From Kiritimatiellia bacterium (GTDB taxonomy: Bacteria; Verrucomicrobiota; Kiritimatiellia; RFP12; UBA1067), in the NCBI GenBank assembly GCA_017629735.1, contig JAGBWQ010000115.1:1-46755 (forward strand): a stretch of 46,755 nt of DNA. Direction: 5' to 3'. A program made the position numbers and the translations under genes. This document shows, one piece after another, positions 38,288 through 46,755 of this stretch (the stretch's first letter is position 1; each line of letters begins with the position of its first letter). The notes beneath the pieces are model-generated. The model did no database searches. It worked only from the letters and a program-made list of their open reading frames with translations, and had not been told where the DNA came from.

Positions 38288-39111
38288 TTGCTAGAGGCTC
38301 CTTTCTGCAACTTCTTGTAGAGCTTAACGAGTGGGTTGTCGCGTTTGTCGTTGGAGATTGCCTTCGAGATCCACCTTTGAAGAGCAGTGCGATCGGCCTC
38401 TCCTGCGTAGCGCGTTATTTTTCCGTTGTGAGCTATGGACACAGAGCCAGACTCTTCGGAAACGGCAATAACCAATGCGTCGGTTTCTTCTGAAAGCCCT
38501 ACTGCTGCGCGATGGCGCATTCCGCTGCTGATGAGCGAGGGGCTGTTGGAAACAGGGAACACGCAATGCGCCGCGGCGATGCGCCCGTTGCGGATGGTCA
38601 CGCCTCCATCGTGAAGCGGCATTGGTGGCGTGAAGATAATTTCCATAAGCTCGCGTGAGAAGAGTGCGTCAGTTGCAACGCCTGTAGCCTCGTAGCCCCT
38701 AAGCGAAATGCCGCGTTCGATTGCGATTAATGCGCCAGTATTCTTTGCTGCAAGCTCGAGAATTACATCGACTACATATTTAGGATCGACTGCTCCGTCG
38801 GAGGAATGTTTTTGCCTTTCAAAAGTTCCGAACGCACCGAGCTGGCTGAGAATGCGGCGAATCTCCGGCTGGAAAATGACGACTGTCGAAATTGCCAAAT
38901 ACGCAAGAAGCGCACGGACTATCGTTGAGAGGACGTCAAAGTGAAATACATATGTGAAGAGAAACATAACGGCCGCTATAAGGCCAACTCCTGTGAGCGC
39001 CTGCCCGAAGCGCGAACCTCTTGCCGCCTTGAGTATCGAATAGATTACAGCGTATAGAATCGCAATCTGTGCTATGGCGGAGATGTCGATCTTGGACAGG
39101 ATTTCGCTCAT
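38284..39111 (-). CDS. cdaA: Diadenylate cyclase CdaA (membrane-bound, DAC domain)
   Basis: Three N-terminal TM helices, VVIFQPEIRR, DGGVTI and GMRHRAAVGLSEETDALVIAVSEESGSVS. Start overlaps the ftsH stop. Confidence 0.9.
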   Translation of the reverse strand: MSEILSKIDISAIAQIAILYAVIYSILKAARGSRFGQALTGVGLIAAVMFLFTYVFHFDVLSTIVRALLAYLAISTVVIFQPEIRRILSQLGAFGTFERQKHSSDGAVDPKYVVDVILELAAKNTGALIAIERGISLRGYEATGVATDALFSRELMEIIFTPPMPLHDGGVTIRNGRIAAAHCVFPVSNSPSLISSGMRHRAAVGLSEETDALVIAVSEESGSVSIAHNGKITRYAGEADRTALQRWISKAISNDKRDNPLVKLYKKLQKGASSK

Positions 39112-41018
39112 GCGTTTTCTCCTTCCGCAGTTTGTTCTGAGCTGTCTTTCTCTTTGCTGTTTTCCGCGGCGACTTCGCCGCGTATAAGACGCTCGACATC
39201 GCGTCCGTCCATGGTCTCTTTTTCAAGGAGAGCCTTGGCAAGCTCTTCGAGCTTTTCGCGATTTTCTTCGATAATCTTTTTAGCGTCGAGATAAGCTTCG
39301 GAAACCATAGACTTAACTTCAGCGTCAATCTCGCGTGAAGTTTCGTCGCTAAATGCAGGCGGATGGTTTGTTGCCGAGAAAGCGCTTTCTTCGATGAAGG
39401 ATTGGAAGCCAAACTTCTCGCTCATTGCATAGCGGCAAACCATTTCTCTTGCAATCTGCGTTGCTTGCGCAATGTCTTGGGAAGCGCCAGTGGAGACATC
39501 GCCAAGGATGAGCTCTTCTGCAATTCTTCCGCCGCAGCAGATGCGCATTTGAGAGAGGAAGTATTTGCGCGTTCTGTTGAGAACATCTTTCTCGGGAAGA
39601 GACATTGTAACACCGAGGGCGCGGCCACGCGGAATGATGGTGACCTTGTGGAGAGGATCGGTGTTCGGGAGAAGCACCTGCAAAAGTGCGTGCCCAGCTT
39701 CGTGCCATGCTGTGTATTCGCGCTCCTTGGGCGAGTAGCCAGCAGATTTGCGCTCGCGGCCCCAAAGGACTTTGTCTCTTGCCTCGTCGAGCGTTTCCAT
39801 ATCTACGCCGTCGAGTTTCTTCCTGACGGACATAAGAGCTGCTTCGTTGAGAAGGTTCGCAAGGTCTGCTCCAGAAAAGCCTGGTGTGCCGCGCGCAACG
39901 CGATCGAGATCTGCGTCTGGGGTAAATGTAATTTTCTTTCCGTGGAGTTCAAGGATTTCTCTGCGCCCTTTAAGTGTGGGCAGCTCAACAACAACTTGGC
40001 GATCGAAGCGGCCTGGGCGGAGAAGGGCGGAATCGAGAGTGTCGGGGCGGTTTGTTGCCGCGATTACGATGACGCCTTCGTTTGCATTAAACCCGTCCAT
40101 TTCAACAAGCATTGTGTTGAGTGTTTGCTCGTAGGCGTGCGTGCCGCCCATTGCGCCAGCGCCTGTGCGCTTCTGCCCGATTGAATCGATTTCGTCGATA
40201 AACACAATGCATGGCGCGCGCTTCTTCGCTTCAGAGAATACATCGCGCATACGGCTTGCGCCAACGCCGACAAACATCTCTTCAAAGTCTGAGCCGCTCA
40301 TTGCAAAGAAGGGCACCTTTGCTTCGCCTGCAATAGCTTTTGCAAGAAGCGTCTTGCCGGTACCGGGAGGGCCAACGAGAAGAATGCCCTTGGGAATACG
40401 ACCGCCGAGCTTTTTAAATACTTCGGGGTTTTTGAGGAACTCAACAATCTCCTGCACTTCTTCGCGCGCTTCGTCGATGCCGGCGACATCGGAGAAAGTT
40501 ATTTTTTTAGAAGGGCCGTCTTCGTCGAGAAGCTTTGCTTTTGATTTGCCGAAGCCGAAGAGATTGCCGCCACCAGCGCGGCGGAACATAAGCCAATACA
40601 AAAGCCCCATCATCAGCACAAAAATGAGTATGTGCAAAATGGCAGGAGAAATAAAACTCTTCCGCTCTTCGAGTTTGACATTTATTCTGCTGTTGAGCAG
40701 ATCGTCCATTACTTGCTCGTTTTCACCGGGAACGAGAGTGACGCGGTACTTGCGTTTTTTCGGAGAGCCATCTTTATTTAAGTCTCCGTTAAGCTCCATT
40801 TCTCCAGTGAAAAAAGTCTCGCCGCTACTGGCGTCTATCACGCGTGTGACAGGTTGTACGAGGCGACCTGTTTCTATCGCTTCGTAGAACTCAAGTAATG
40901 TTACATCGTCCGTCTTGGATGACGAATCTGGAGATGCCCTGTAGAGTGACACCAAAACGCCGATAATCAACGCGATCACAAGCCACGACCGCAATGTGGA
41001 TTCTCCCTTTTTTGCCAT
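39108..41018 (-). CDS. ftsH: ATP-dependent zinc metalloprotease FtsH
   Basis: GPPGTGKT Walker A, second region of homology, and HEAGHAL zinc site. Confidence 0.95.
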   Translation of the reverse strand: MAKKGESTLRSWLVIALIIGVLVSLYRASPDSSSKTDDVTLLEFYEAIETGRLVQPVTRVIDASSGETFFTGEMELNGDLNKDGSPKKRKYRVTLVPGENEQVMDDLLNSRINVKLEERKSFISPAILHILIFVLMMGLLYWLMFRRAGGGNLFGFGKSKAKLLDEDGPSKKITFSDVAGIDEAREEVQEIVEFLKNPEVFKKLGGRIPKGILLVGPPGTGKTLLAKAIAGEAKVPFFAMSGSDFEEMFVGVGASRMRDVFSEAKKRAPCIVFIDEIDSIGQKRTGAGAMGGTHAYEQTLNTMLVEMDGFNANEGVIVIAATNRPDTLDSALLRPGRFDRQVVVELPTLKGRREILELHGKKITFTPDADLDRVARGTPGFSGADLANLLNEAALMSVRKKLDGVDMETLDEARDKVLWGRERKSAGYSPKEREYTAWHEAGHALLQVLLPNTDPLHKVTIIPRGRALGVTMSLPEKDVLNRTRKYFLSQMRICCGGRIAEELILGDVSTGASQDIAQATQIAREMVCRYAMSEKFGFQSFIEESAFSATNHPPAFSDETSREIDAEVKSMVSEAYLDAKKIIEENREKLEELAKALLEKETMDGRDVERLIRGEVAAENSKEKDSSEQTAEGENA

Positions 41019-41024
41019 AGGTGA

Positions 41025-41033
41025 ATTATACCA
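41025..41033 (-). promoter_or_regulatory. Extended -10 promoter TGgTATAAT for ftsH; 6 nt separate it from the ATG
   Basis: Plus-strand ATTATACCA at 41025-41033 reads TGGTATAAT on the minus strand. No Shine-Dalgarno before the ATG at 41018. Confidence 0.55.
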
Positions 41034-41041
41034 AAAAACTT

Positions 41042-41050
41042 TGGTATAAT
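41042..41050 (+). promoter_or_regulatory. Extended -10 promoter TGgTATAAT for galM; 9 nt separate it from the ATG
   Basis: TGGTATAAT at 41042-41050, ATG at 41060. No Shine-Dalgarno. Confidence 0.55.
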
Positions 41051-41059
41051 ATCCGTGTT

Positions 41060-42163
41060 ATGAAAAAACCATCGTTTGAAATTTCCGATTTCGGAATGAC
41101 GAAATACGGGCAGAAGGCAAGGAAATTTACTCTCCGCGGCAAAGGCGGCGTAGTGCTGGAAGTTTCCGATTACGGCGGAAAGGTTATAAGGCTTTTTACT
41201 CCCGACAAAAATGGGAAGTTGAAAGATGTTGTCGTGGGCTTCGACGACCCTTCTGGTTGGGATGGCGGAGACCCTTATTGGGGGTGTATCATTGGGCGTT
41301 ATGGCAATAGAATTGCGCACGGTAAGTTTAAAATTGGGTCGAAGACTTATCGCTTGCCTGCGCTCAACAATGCGCCGGGTGGAATTGGATGTAATCTCCA
41401 CGGAGGAGCGCGTGGGTGGGATGCGTATGTTTGGGGTGCCGAACCTTTTATTGAAGGAGATAATGTCGGCGTCGTATTTACGCATTTTTCGCCCGATGGT
41501 GACGAGGGCTTCCCTGGCAAGGTGGAAGTGAAGGTTGTGTACACGCTTACTGCGGATAATGTTTGGCGCGTTGAGTATGAGGCTTGCCCCGATAAGACTA
41601 CGCCCATTAATATGACGCAGCATGTCTACTTCAACTTCAAGGGCGAAGCAGGCGGTACGATTGAAGACCATATCTTGAAAATTCCTGCAAAGACTTATCT
41701 TCCTACCGATTCTGGGCAGATTCCGACGGGCGAGATTCGCTCTGTGGTAGGAACTCCGTTTGATTTTCGCCGCGGAATGCGTATTGGCGAGAAGATTAAT
41801 GCCGCCGATCGCGATCTTGAAATTGGCAAGGGGTACGACCATTGCTGGGTGCTTGATAAGGGTGAGATGGCTCGCGGGAAGCGCCCGCGCGCGCTTATTC
41901 ATGCAGCTACTCTTTCTTGCCCTCTTAATGGGCGATATGTGGAAGTATCTACGAGCGAGCCTTGCATTCAAGTTTACACGGCAAACTGGGCTTCTTACGA
42001 CCAGACTGCCAAGGGAGGAGAGCATCTTTCCTTTAGGTGTGGGTGCGCGCTCGAAACACAGCATGCGCCTGACTCGCCGAACAAGCCCAAGTGGCCGACG
42101 ACATTCGTGAAGGCAGGGGAAAAATACAGGTCTGTTACGGAGTTTCGTTTTGGAGCCTGCTAA
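41060..42163 (+). CDS. galM: Aldose 1-epimerase (galactose mutarotase)
   Basis: GRYGNRIAHGKF, NLHGGARGWD and PNKPKWPTT-type C-terminus. Start moved to ATG 41060, because the ORF-track GTG 41021 lies upstream of the promoter box. Confidence 0.85.
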   Translation: MKKPSFEISDFGMTKYGQKARKFTLRGKGGVVLEVSDYGGKVIRLFTPDKNGKLKDVVVGFDDPSGWDGGDPYWGCIIGRYGNRIAHGKFKIGSKTYRLPALNNAPGGIGCNLHGGARGWDAYVWGAEPFIEGDNVGVVFTHFSPDGDEGFPGKVEVKVVYTLTADNVWRVEYEACPDKTTPINMTQHVYFNFKGEAGGTIEDHILKIPAKTYLPTDSGQIPTGEIRSVVGTPFDFRRGMRIGEKINAADRDLEIGKGYDHCWVLDKGEMARGKRPRALIHAATLSCPLNGRYVEVSTSEPCIQVYTANWASYDQTAKGGEHLSFRCGCALETQHAPDSPNKPKWPTTFVKAGEKYRSVTEFRFGAC

Positions 42164-43178
42164 GAAAACAGTTTTTACTTACGAATTGAGCGAGGAGCAG
42201 CAGGCGCTGCTCGGAGCGATTGTTTCCGCCGGCAATTACCGGCCTCGCACAGTTCCGTACGCGCTTTGGTCTGTGGAGGGCGAGAAATTCAATGCCACCC
42301 TCTACGAAAAAGTGCGGCATGGGAAGCGAAAACTTTGCATTCAAGGGTCTAAAGCGGAGGATTTTGTTGTTTTCGTGTTAGAGCCGAATGTTCTTGGTGT
42401 GGCCAGTGTTGGGTATGAGGAAATTCTAGATCCTTCGTTGGTAGCGCCGCATGGGGGAAGTGACGAGTCTGGCAAGGGCGATTATTTTGGGCCGCTAGTT
42501 GTTTGTTGTGCGTATACTGACGAGAAATTGTCGGAAGAGATTAAGAAACTTGGAGTTAAAGACTGCAAACAGATGTCCGACAAGGCCGTTTTGACGGCTG
42601 GTGCGGCATTGCGCTCGATGCTTGGGCCTACTGGATATGCAGTAGTAAAGCTTGGGCCTCCTGCTTACAACAGGCTATATTTTAAGATGCGCAACATAAA
42701 TCGCATGCTTGCGTGGGCGCACGGCACGGCGATTGAGGAGTTGCTGAAGCGTAGGCCTGATTGTCCAAGGGTTGTGGTCGATCAGTTTGCTCCGACGGAA
42801 CAGACGATTTTGCGAGCGCTTAAGGAAAAGGGGCGGACGATCAAGATTGTGCAGCGGCATCGAGCTGAGGACGATATTGCTGTTGCGGCGGCGTCGGTGA
42901 TTGCGCGTGAGATTTTCCTTAGGGATATTGCCGCGATGAGTGAAGAGATTTTCGGGCCGCCGCGTGAAGGGCGCGATCATGTGCCAGCAGGGTCGTCTGA
43001 TCCGCGGGTGCGTCTTTTGGCGGAGGAGATGGTGCGCAAGATGGGGCCGGTGTGGCTGATGAATCATTGTAAGGCGCATTTTCAGACGACAGACAAGGTG
43101 CTTGAAGCTTGCGGATTTTCGAGGGCTGATCTTCCTGCGGAAGGGCAGGCTGTTTCCGCTGCTATGCGGTTATCTTAG
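42150..43178 (+). CDS. rnhC: Ribonuclease HIII
   Basis: GSDESGKGDYFGPLVV catalytic motif preceded by an N-terminal domain of about 85 aa, as in RNase HIII. TTG start overlaps the galM end. Confidence 0.8.
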   Translation: MEPAKKTVFTYELSEEQQALLGAIVSAGNYRPRTVPYALWSVEGEKFNATLYEKVRHGKRKLCIQGSKAEDFVVFVLEPNVLGVASVGYEEILDPSLVAPHGGSDESGKGDYFGPLVVCCAYTDEKLSEEIKKLGVKDCKQMSDKAVLTAGAALRSMLGPTGYAVVKLGPPAYNRLYFKMRNINRMLAWAHGTAIEELLKRRPDCPRVVVDQFAPTEQTILRALKEKGRTIKIVQRHRAEDDIAVAAASVIAREIFLRDIAAMSEEIFGPPREGRDHVPAGSSDPRVRLLAEEMVRKMGPVWLMNHCKAHFQTTDKVLEACGFSRADLPAEGQAVSAAMRLS

Positions 43179-43226
43179 GTTAACTAGATAGAACTGTATC
43201 CGATACAATTTTTGTACAGTGCCCTG

Positions 43227-43256
43227 TTGACAGCTAAACGCGGTTTTTGATATACT
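43227..43256 (+). promoter_or_regulatory. Consensus-like sigma70 promoter for the tRNA pair: TTGACA, 18-nt spacer, TGaTATACT
   Basis: TTGACA at 43227-43232 and TATACT at 43251-43256, preceded by TG. The first tRNA starts 13 nt downstream. Confidence 0.65.
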
Positions 43257-43268
43257 TCACACTCGTAA

Positions 43269-43353
43269 GCACCCGTGGTGAAATTGGCATACACGCCAGA
43301 TTCAGGTTCTGGTGCCGCAAGGTGTGTGGGTTCAAATCCCACCGGGTGCACCA
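43269..43353 (+). tRNA. tRNA-Leu (anticodon CAG), type II with long variable arm, CCA encoded
   Basis: Hand-folded. Acceptor GCACCCG/CGGGTGC. D-stem GTG/CAC. Anticodon stem CCAGA/TCTGG with loop TTCAGGT. T-arm GTGGG-TTCAAAT-CCCAC. Discriminator A plus CCA. Confidence 0.85.
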
Positions 43354-43363
43354 AAAAGAAGCT

Positions 43364-43438
43364 GGCCCCTTCGTCTATCGGCTAGGACATCTGGTTCTCA
43401 TCCAGGAAAGAGGAGTTCGACTCTCCTAGGGGCTGCCA
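43364..43438 (+). tRNA. tRNA-Glu (anticodon CTC), CCA encoded
   Basis: Hand-folded. Acceptor GGCCCCT/AGGGGCT (G1-U72 wobble). D-arm GTCT..GGAC. Anticodon stem TCTGG/CCAGG with loop TTCTCAT. T-arm AGGAG-TTCGACT-CTCCT. GCCA end. Resembles the E. coli tRNA-Glu scaffold. Confidence 0.8.
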
Positions 43439-43450
43439 TCCGGACACCGT

Positions 43451-45004
43451 ATGAAAGGCAGAAGGATAGTGGGTAAAGTTAAGAGATTGCTCGCAATCCT
43501 TTGGAGGACGGTGGAGCTTGTAGTGTTGTGCGTGGCACTTTTTGCTGCGTATCTTTTATTTCGTCCCGTACATATCCCTGGCTCCTTCGTCAATTACTTA
43601 GCCGATAAATTTCTTTCAGAAACGCTTACCATCCGCGTTAGTGGCGCGTCGTTTGGTTTTATTGATGGATTGAGAGTTTTTGATTTAGGCGTTTATAAAG
43701 GCGAAGCTAATAAGGATAGTGATAAGCTTTTTTATACTTCGGAAATTTTAGTCCATCCGTTTCAGCGTTTTATCCGCATTTCTGATCTTACCGTTCCTCG
43801 CCTTCATGATGGGTATTACGAGGAGGGTAACTCAGAAAAGAATGAGGCGATCGAGTTTGAACTGCCAGAGATTTCTCGTTTCTCATTTGAGTTAATAAAC
43901 CCCAATGTTCTTTCAGTATCACCTTGTAATGTGGTCGGAGAGATTTCTTCTAAGGGGAATGTTTTTACTGCCGACAGAGTTCACATTAAATGGACTAAAG
44001 AAAAAGAAAGATGCTTCCTTGATGGGGCATGTGCTGTAGATTTTCCAAGACAGCGTGTTTATGGAGATGTGCGTGGCTTTGTAAAGCAGCATCAGATTCG
44101 TCCTTTGCTCGAGACAATTGATATAACTTCGTCGCTTCCTTACATAGATGCCTTTACGGAAGTGAAGGGCACCGTTCCAGCGTCGTGTGAATGGAAGGTT
44201 AATCTAGTCAATAACGACTTTGATATGGATCTTGATCTTCATCCAGTCTTAGGAAAATACAATGGAGTTCCTCTTAAAAAGGCTGATGGCAAGATCAAGC
44301 TTCATGTTTACACCAGAGGCAATCACTTAAACTACTCTCATGTGTTTGGCCCTATCACGGCAGTAGGCACGGAAGGCGAGGATTTGTCGGGCACGGTTTT
44401 TGTCGATGGCTCTAATGGCTGGAACTCTGTTCGGGTTGAAGCAAAAAGCCTCCTTCCAGTTGCAGATCTTCTTAAAATAGGCGGCTTCGTTGGTGAGTAT
44501 GTTGGGAGAGATGTGGTAGGCGATTCAAAGTGCAATTTGCTTTTTAACTTCCCGCGCGTGAAGAGCGATGATGTCGCTTATCTCAACGGCAGCGGATCTC
44601 TTTCCGTTAAAAATGGCCAGCTTATGCGCCTTAAAGGATTTACAGGCCTTGTTGAGCTTTTGGCAGATAAGCTCCCTGGCTTTTCAATGCTTACCGACTC
44701 GACAGACGCCTCTTGCAACTACACGATTGAAAATGGTGTTCTTAAAACAAACGATTTGTATATCGAAGGGTCGGTATTCTCAATAAAGATGTATGGAAAG
44801 TTCGATGCAGTTAATGATAAGCTTGATTTTACTGTGCGCGTGCAGTTTATGAAGAGAGACTCAATTGCAGGAAAGGTGTTGCACTCGCTTACTTGGCCTT
44901 TTACGAAACTGCTTTTGGAATACCGCCTTACGGGAAGCTCGTCAGCTCCTGAGTGGCAATATATCAGCGTCATAGACCGTCTGACGGGAGATAACGGAAA
45001 ATGA
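43451..45004 (+). CDS. AsmA-family-like membrane-anchored protein
   Basis: N-terminal TM anchor. C-terminal region (LNGSGSLSVKNGQL...YTIENGVLKTNDLYIEGSVFSIKMYGKFDAVNDKLDFTV) resembles the AsmA C-terminal repeat pattern. GTG 43469 is an alternative start. Confidence 0.5.
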   Translation: MKGRRIVGKVKRLLAILWRTVELVVLCVALFAAYLLFRPVHIPGSFVNYLADKFLSETLTIRVSGASFGFIDGLRVFDLGVYKGEANKDSDKLFYTSEILVHPFQRFIRISDLTVPRLHDGYYEEGNSEKNEAIEFELPEISRFSFELINPNVLSVSPCNVVGEISSKGNVFTADRVHIKWTKEKERCFLDGACAVDFPRQRVYGDVRGFVKQHQIRPLLETIDITSSLPYIDAFTEVKGTVPASCEWKVNLVNNDFDMDLDLHPVLGKYNGVPLKKADGKIKLHVYTRGNHLNYSHVFGPITAVGTEGEDLSGTVFVDGSNGWNSVRVEAKSLLPVADLLKIGGFVGEYVGRDVVGDSKCNLLFNFPRVKSDDVAYLNGSGSLSVKNGQLMRLKGFTGLVELLADKLPGFSMLTDSTDASCNYTIENGVLKTNDLYIEGSVFSIKMYGKFDAVNDKLDFTVRVQFMKRDSIAGKVLHSLTWPFTKLLLEYRLTGSSSAPEWQYISVIDRLTGDNGK

Positions 45005-45822
45005 ATCTTACAAGTCCAAGTCAGGTGAAGGATTGGTGCATCAAAAATGGCTTCCATCCAAATCGCGTAATGGGGCAAAATTTTCTTGTCGATCGCAATG
45101 TTCTCTGCGCCATTGTTGATGCGGGGCTTTCTTCATGCGAAGATCCTCAGAATGCGAAGGCTCTTGAAATTGGGCCGGGGCTTGGCGTTATGACAGAAGA
45201 GATGTTGCAGAGAGGCTGCGCCGTTACAGCGATTGAGAAAGATCCTGCGCTTGCAGAGCGTCTTGCTGAATCGCTTGGCAATCCTCCTTCGCTTGAGGTG
45301 ATTTCTGCCGACGCTCTCGATGTTGTCGCAAGTGGCGCTCTCGATTTGGTTTCATACGATTGTATGATATCGAATCTTCCATATCAGGCAGGTACTCGAA
45401 TCTTGCTCGATATTGCCTCTACTCGTGCGTTGCCTTCAATCACTGTTATGGTGCAGACGGAAGTCGCCGAGCGCCTGGCGGCTCCGGAAGGCTCGAAAAC
45501 GCGTGGCCTCGCAGGTGTGTGGGTGCAGCTCGATTACGATGTTAAGGTGATTCGCAAAGTTTCGGCATCGTGCTTTTGGCCTCGTCCCGAGGTTGGTTCG
45601 GCAGTGGTGCGGCTTGTTAGGCACGACAGGAACGCGTCTCTTCCTGAGAATGTCAGAGCGATGTATCGCCGTTTGGTAAAGAGGGCTTTTGAACATAGGC
45701 GCAAGCAGCTTGGTAGCGTTTTCCGCGGCATTATTGAGTCGACGGCGAGGGCGGAAGAGCTTTCGTGCGAAGAGTGGGTTTCTCTCGCTTCGGCGCTTAC
45801 CGCCGAGGGCGCGGCAATTTGA
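45001..45822 (+). CDS. rsmA: 16S rRNA (adenine1518/1519-N6)-dimethyltransferase
   Basis: GQNFLVDRNV, LEIGPGLGVMT and SNLPYQ motifs. ATGA overlap with the upstream gene. Confidence 0.9.
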   Translation: MNLTSPSQVKDWCIKNGFHPNRVMGQNFLVDRNVLCAIVDAGLSSCEDPQNAKALEIGPGLGVMTEEMLQRGCAVTAIEKDPALAERLAESLGNPPSLEVISADALDVVASGALDLVSYDCMISNLPYQAGTRILLDIASTRALPSITVMVQTEVAERLAAPEGSKTRGLAGVWVQLDYDVKVIRKVSASCFWPRPEVGSAVVRLVRHDRNASLPENVRAMYRRLVKRAFEHRRKQLGSVFRGIIESTARAEELSCEEWVSLASALTAEGAAI

Positions 45823-45843
45823 TTTAAGGATAAGGAGAAGATT

Positions 45844-46755
45844 ATGGCAGGAGAATATCAGTTTAGTCTGATTGATGTAACCAAACAGCAGGGCACTAAG
45901 ACTATTTTGAAAGATGTTAATCTTTCGTTTTTCTACGGTGCGCACATTGGTGTAATCGGCGGTAACGGCGCAGGTAAGTCGTCGCTTCTGAAAATCCTTG
46001 CGGGGATCGATACGGATCTTATGGGCACCGTTCAGGTGGCGAAGGGGACGAAGGTTGGCTATCTTCCTCAGGAGCCGGAGCTTGACGATTCCAAGACAGT
46101 TCTCGAAACTGTTATGGAAGGCGTTGCAGATGCTCAGGCGATGGTCTCAAGATACGAAGACTTGTGCTGCGAGCTTGACGACCCGAAGGCTGCTGCAGAG
46201 ATGGAGAGACTTCAGGAAATCATCGATCGCAACGACTATTGGAATCTCGAGAATCTCGTAGAAAGGCGTATGGCTGATCTTTGCTGCCCTCCTGGAGATA
46301 GGAAGGTTGGCGTCCTTTCAGGCGGCGAGCGTCGCCGCGTTGCTATTGCAAGGCTTCTTCTTTCCAATCCTGATGTTCTGCTTCTTGACGAGCCAACAAA
46401 CCATCTTGATGCAGAGACGACCTTTAGGTTGGAAGCGTATTTGAAGGAGTTTACCGGTACACTTATCGTTGTCACGCACGATCGATACTTCCTTTCCGAT
46501 GTTACCGATTGGATTCTTGAGCTTGATCATGGTGTGTGCTATCCGTACAAGGGTAACTATGAGGAATGGCTTAAGCAGAAGGAAGCGATGCTTGCTCGCG
46601 AGGCAAAGGTTGAGAAGTCGCGCCAGAAGCTTCTTGAGAACGAATTGAAGTGGATTCAGACGAATCCTTCAGGCCGCCGCGCCAAATCCAAGGCTCGTGT
46701 CGAGAGGTACGAGGACTTGCAGAAGCAGGAGGTCTCGACACGCGAGGACGATCTC
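45844..46755 (+). CDS. ettA: Energy-dependent translational throttle ABC-F protein EttA (3-prime partial, runs off the window)
   Basis: Hand translation from ATG 45844: MAGEYQFSLIDVTKQQGTKTILKDVNLSFFYGAHIGVIGGNGAGKSSLLKILAGID...LSGGERRRVAIARLLL...LLLDEPTNHLDAE...THDRYFL. Open to the last base. Absent from the ORF track because it has no stop. Confidence 0.85.
   Translation, partial: MAGEYQFSLIDVTKQQGTKTILKDVNLSFFYGAHIGVIGGNGAGKSSLLKILAGIDTDLMGTVQVAKGTKVGYLPQEPELDDSKTVLETVMEGVADAQAMVSRYEDLCCELDDPKAAAEMERLQEIIDRNDYWNLENLVERRMADLCCPPGDRKVGVLSGGERRRVAIARLLLSNPDVLLLDEPTNHLDAETTFRLEAYLKEFTGTLIVVTHDRYFLSDVTDWILELDHGVCYPYKGNYEEWLKQKEAMLAREAKVEKSRQKLLENELKWIQTNPSGRRAKSKARVERYEDLQKQEVSTREDDL

Noticed and set aside
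43247-43429. 60-aa ORF spanning the tRNA region.
   Set aside because: It is fully explained by tRNA-Leu and tRNA-Glu, which fold into canonical cloverleaves.
43269-45004. Possible genomic island integrated at the tRNA pair, given the AT-richer asmA-like gene immediately downstream.
   Set aside because: I saw no integrase, no direct repeat of the tRNA 3-prime end downstream, and the next genes (rsmA, ettA) are core housekeeping genes joined by an ATGA overlap.

Overview
Gene-dense chromosomal window, almost entirely coding, from a diderm bacterium. I call 42 CDS (41 complete, plus ettA truncated at the window end), one 44-codon ORF the ORF track missed, and 2 tRNAs. The gene mix (lpxA, AsmA-like protein, GspG-type pseudopilin, RNase HIII, CdaA, several secreted glycan-active enzymes) suggests a PVC-group or Lentisphaerota-like glycan degrader, but that is only a guess.

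Layout:
- 186-32772: all genes on the + strand, in tightly packed or overlapping operons. Units are ACT-thrC-...-lpxA; gyrB-rimO-queE-GH36; infA; yebC; an unknown 4-gene unit; parE-GH78-phosphatase-YibE/F-amidase-folD; and rnfE-nrdR-...-DD-carboxypeptidase.
- 32786-41018: an 8.2-kb minus-strand block, ftsH-cdaA-(44-aa ORF)-ftsK-rodZ-like-nagB-Zn ribbon-nuclease.
- 41060-end: + strand again, galM-rnhC, tRNA-Leu and tRNA-Glu, asmA-like-rsmA-ettA (partial).

I found no CRISPR array, transposase, integrase, prophage, toxin-antitoxin pair or recognisable defence gene.

Main observations:
1. A TGnTATAAT box sits 6-11 nt upstream of ATG, with no Shine-Dalgarno, at six transcription-unit heads. This suggests a leaderless-mRNA class. 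It includes a perfectly palindromic back-to-back promoter pair between ftsH and galM.
2. A terminator- and promoter-bracketed 4-gene unit (12967-19342) encodes an unrecognised EF-hand membrane protein, an orphan GspG-like pseudopilin, a 1272-aa twin beta-helix protein and a thioesterase. This is the best candidate for an undescribed system, but no function can be read from sequence.
3. One protein fuses a COG1579-type zinc ribbon to a PtsN-like EIIA domain.
4. An orphan rnfE heads a functionally mixed operon joined by four ATGA overlaps.
5. cdaA is followed by a 44-codon CdaR-like membrane-anchor remnant that overlaps the ftsK start.

All homology calls come from motif recognition by eye. None was checked against a database.
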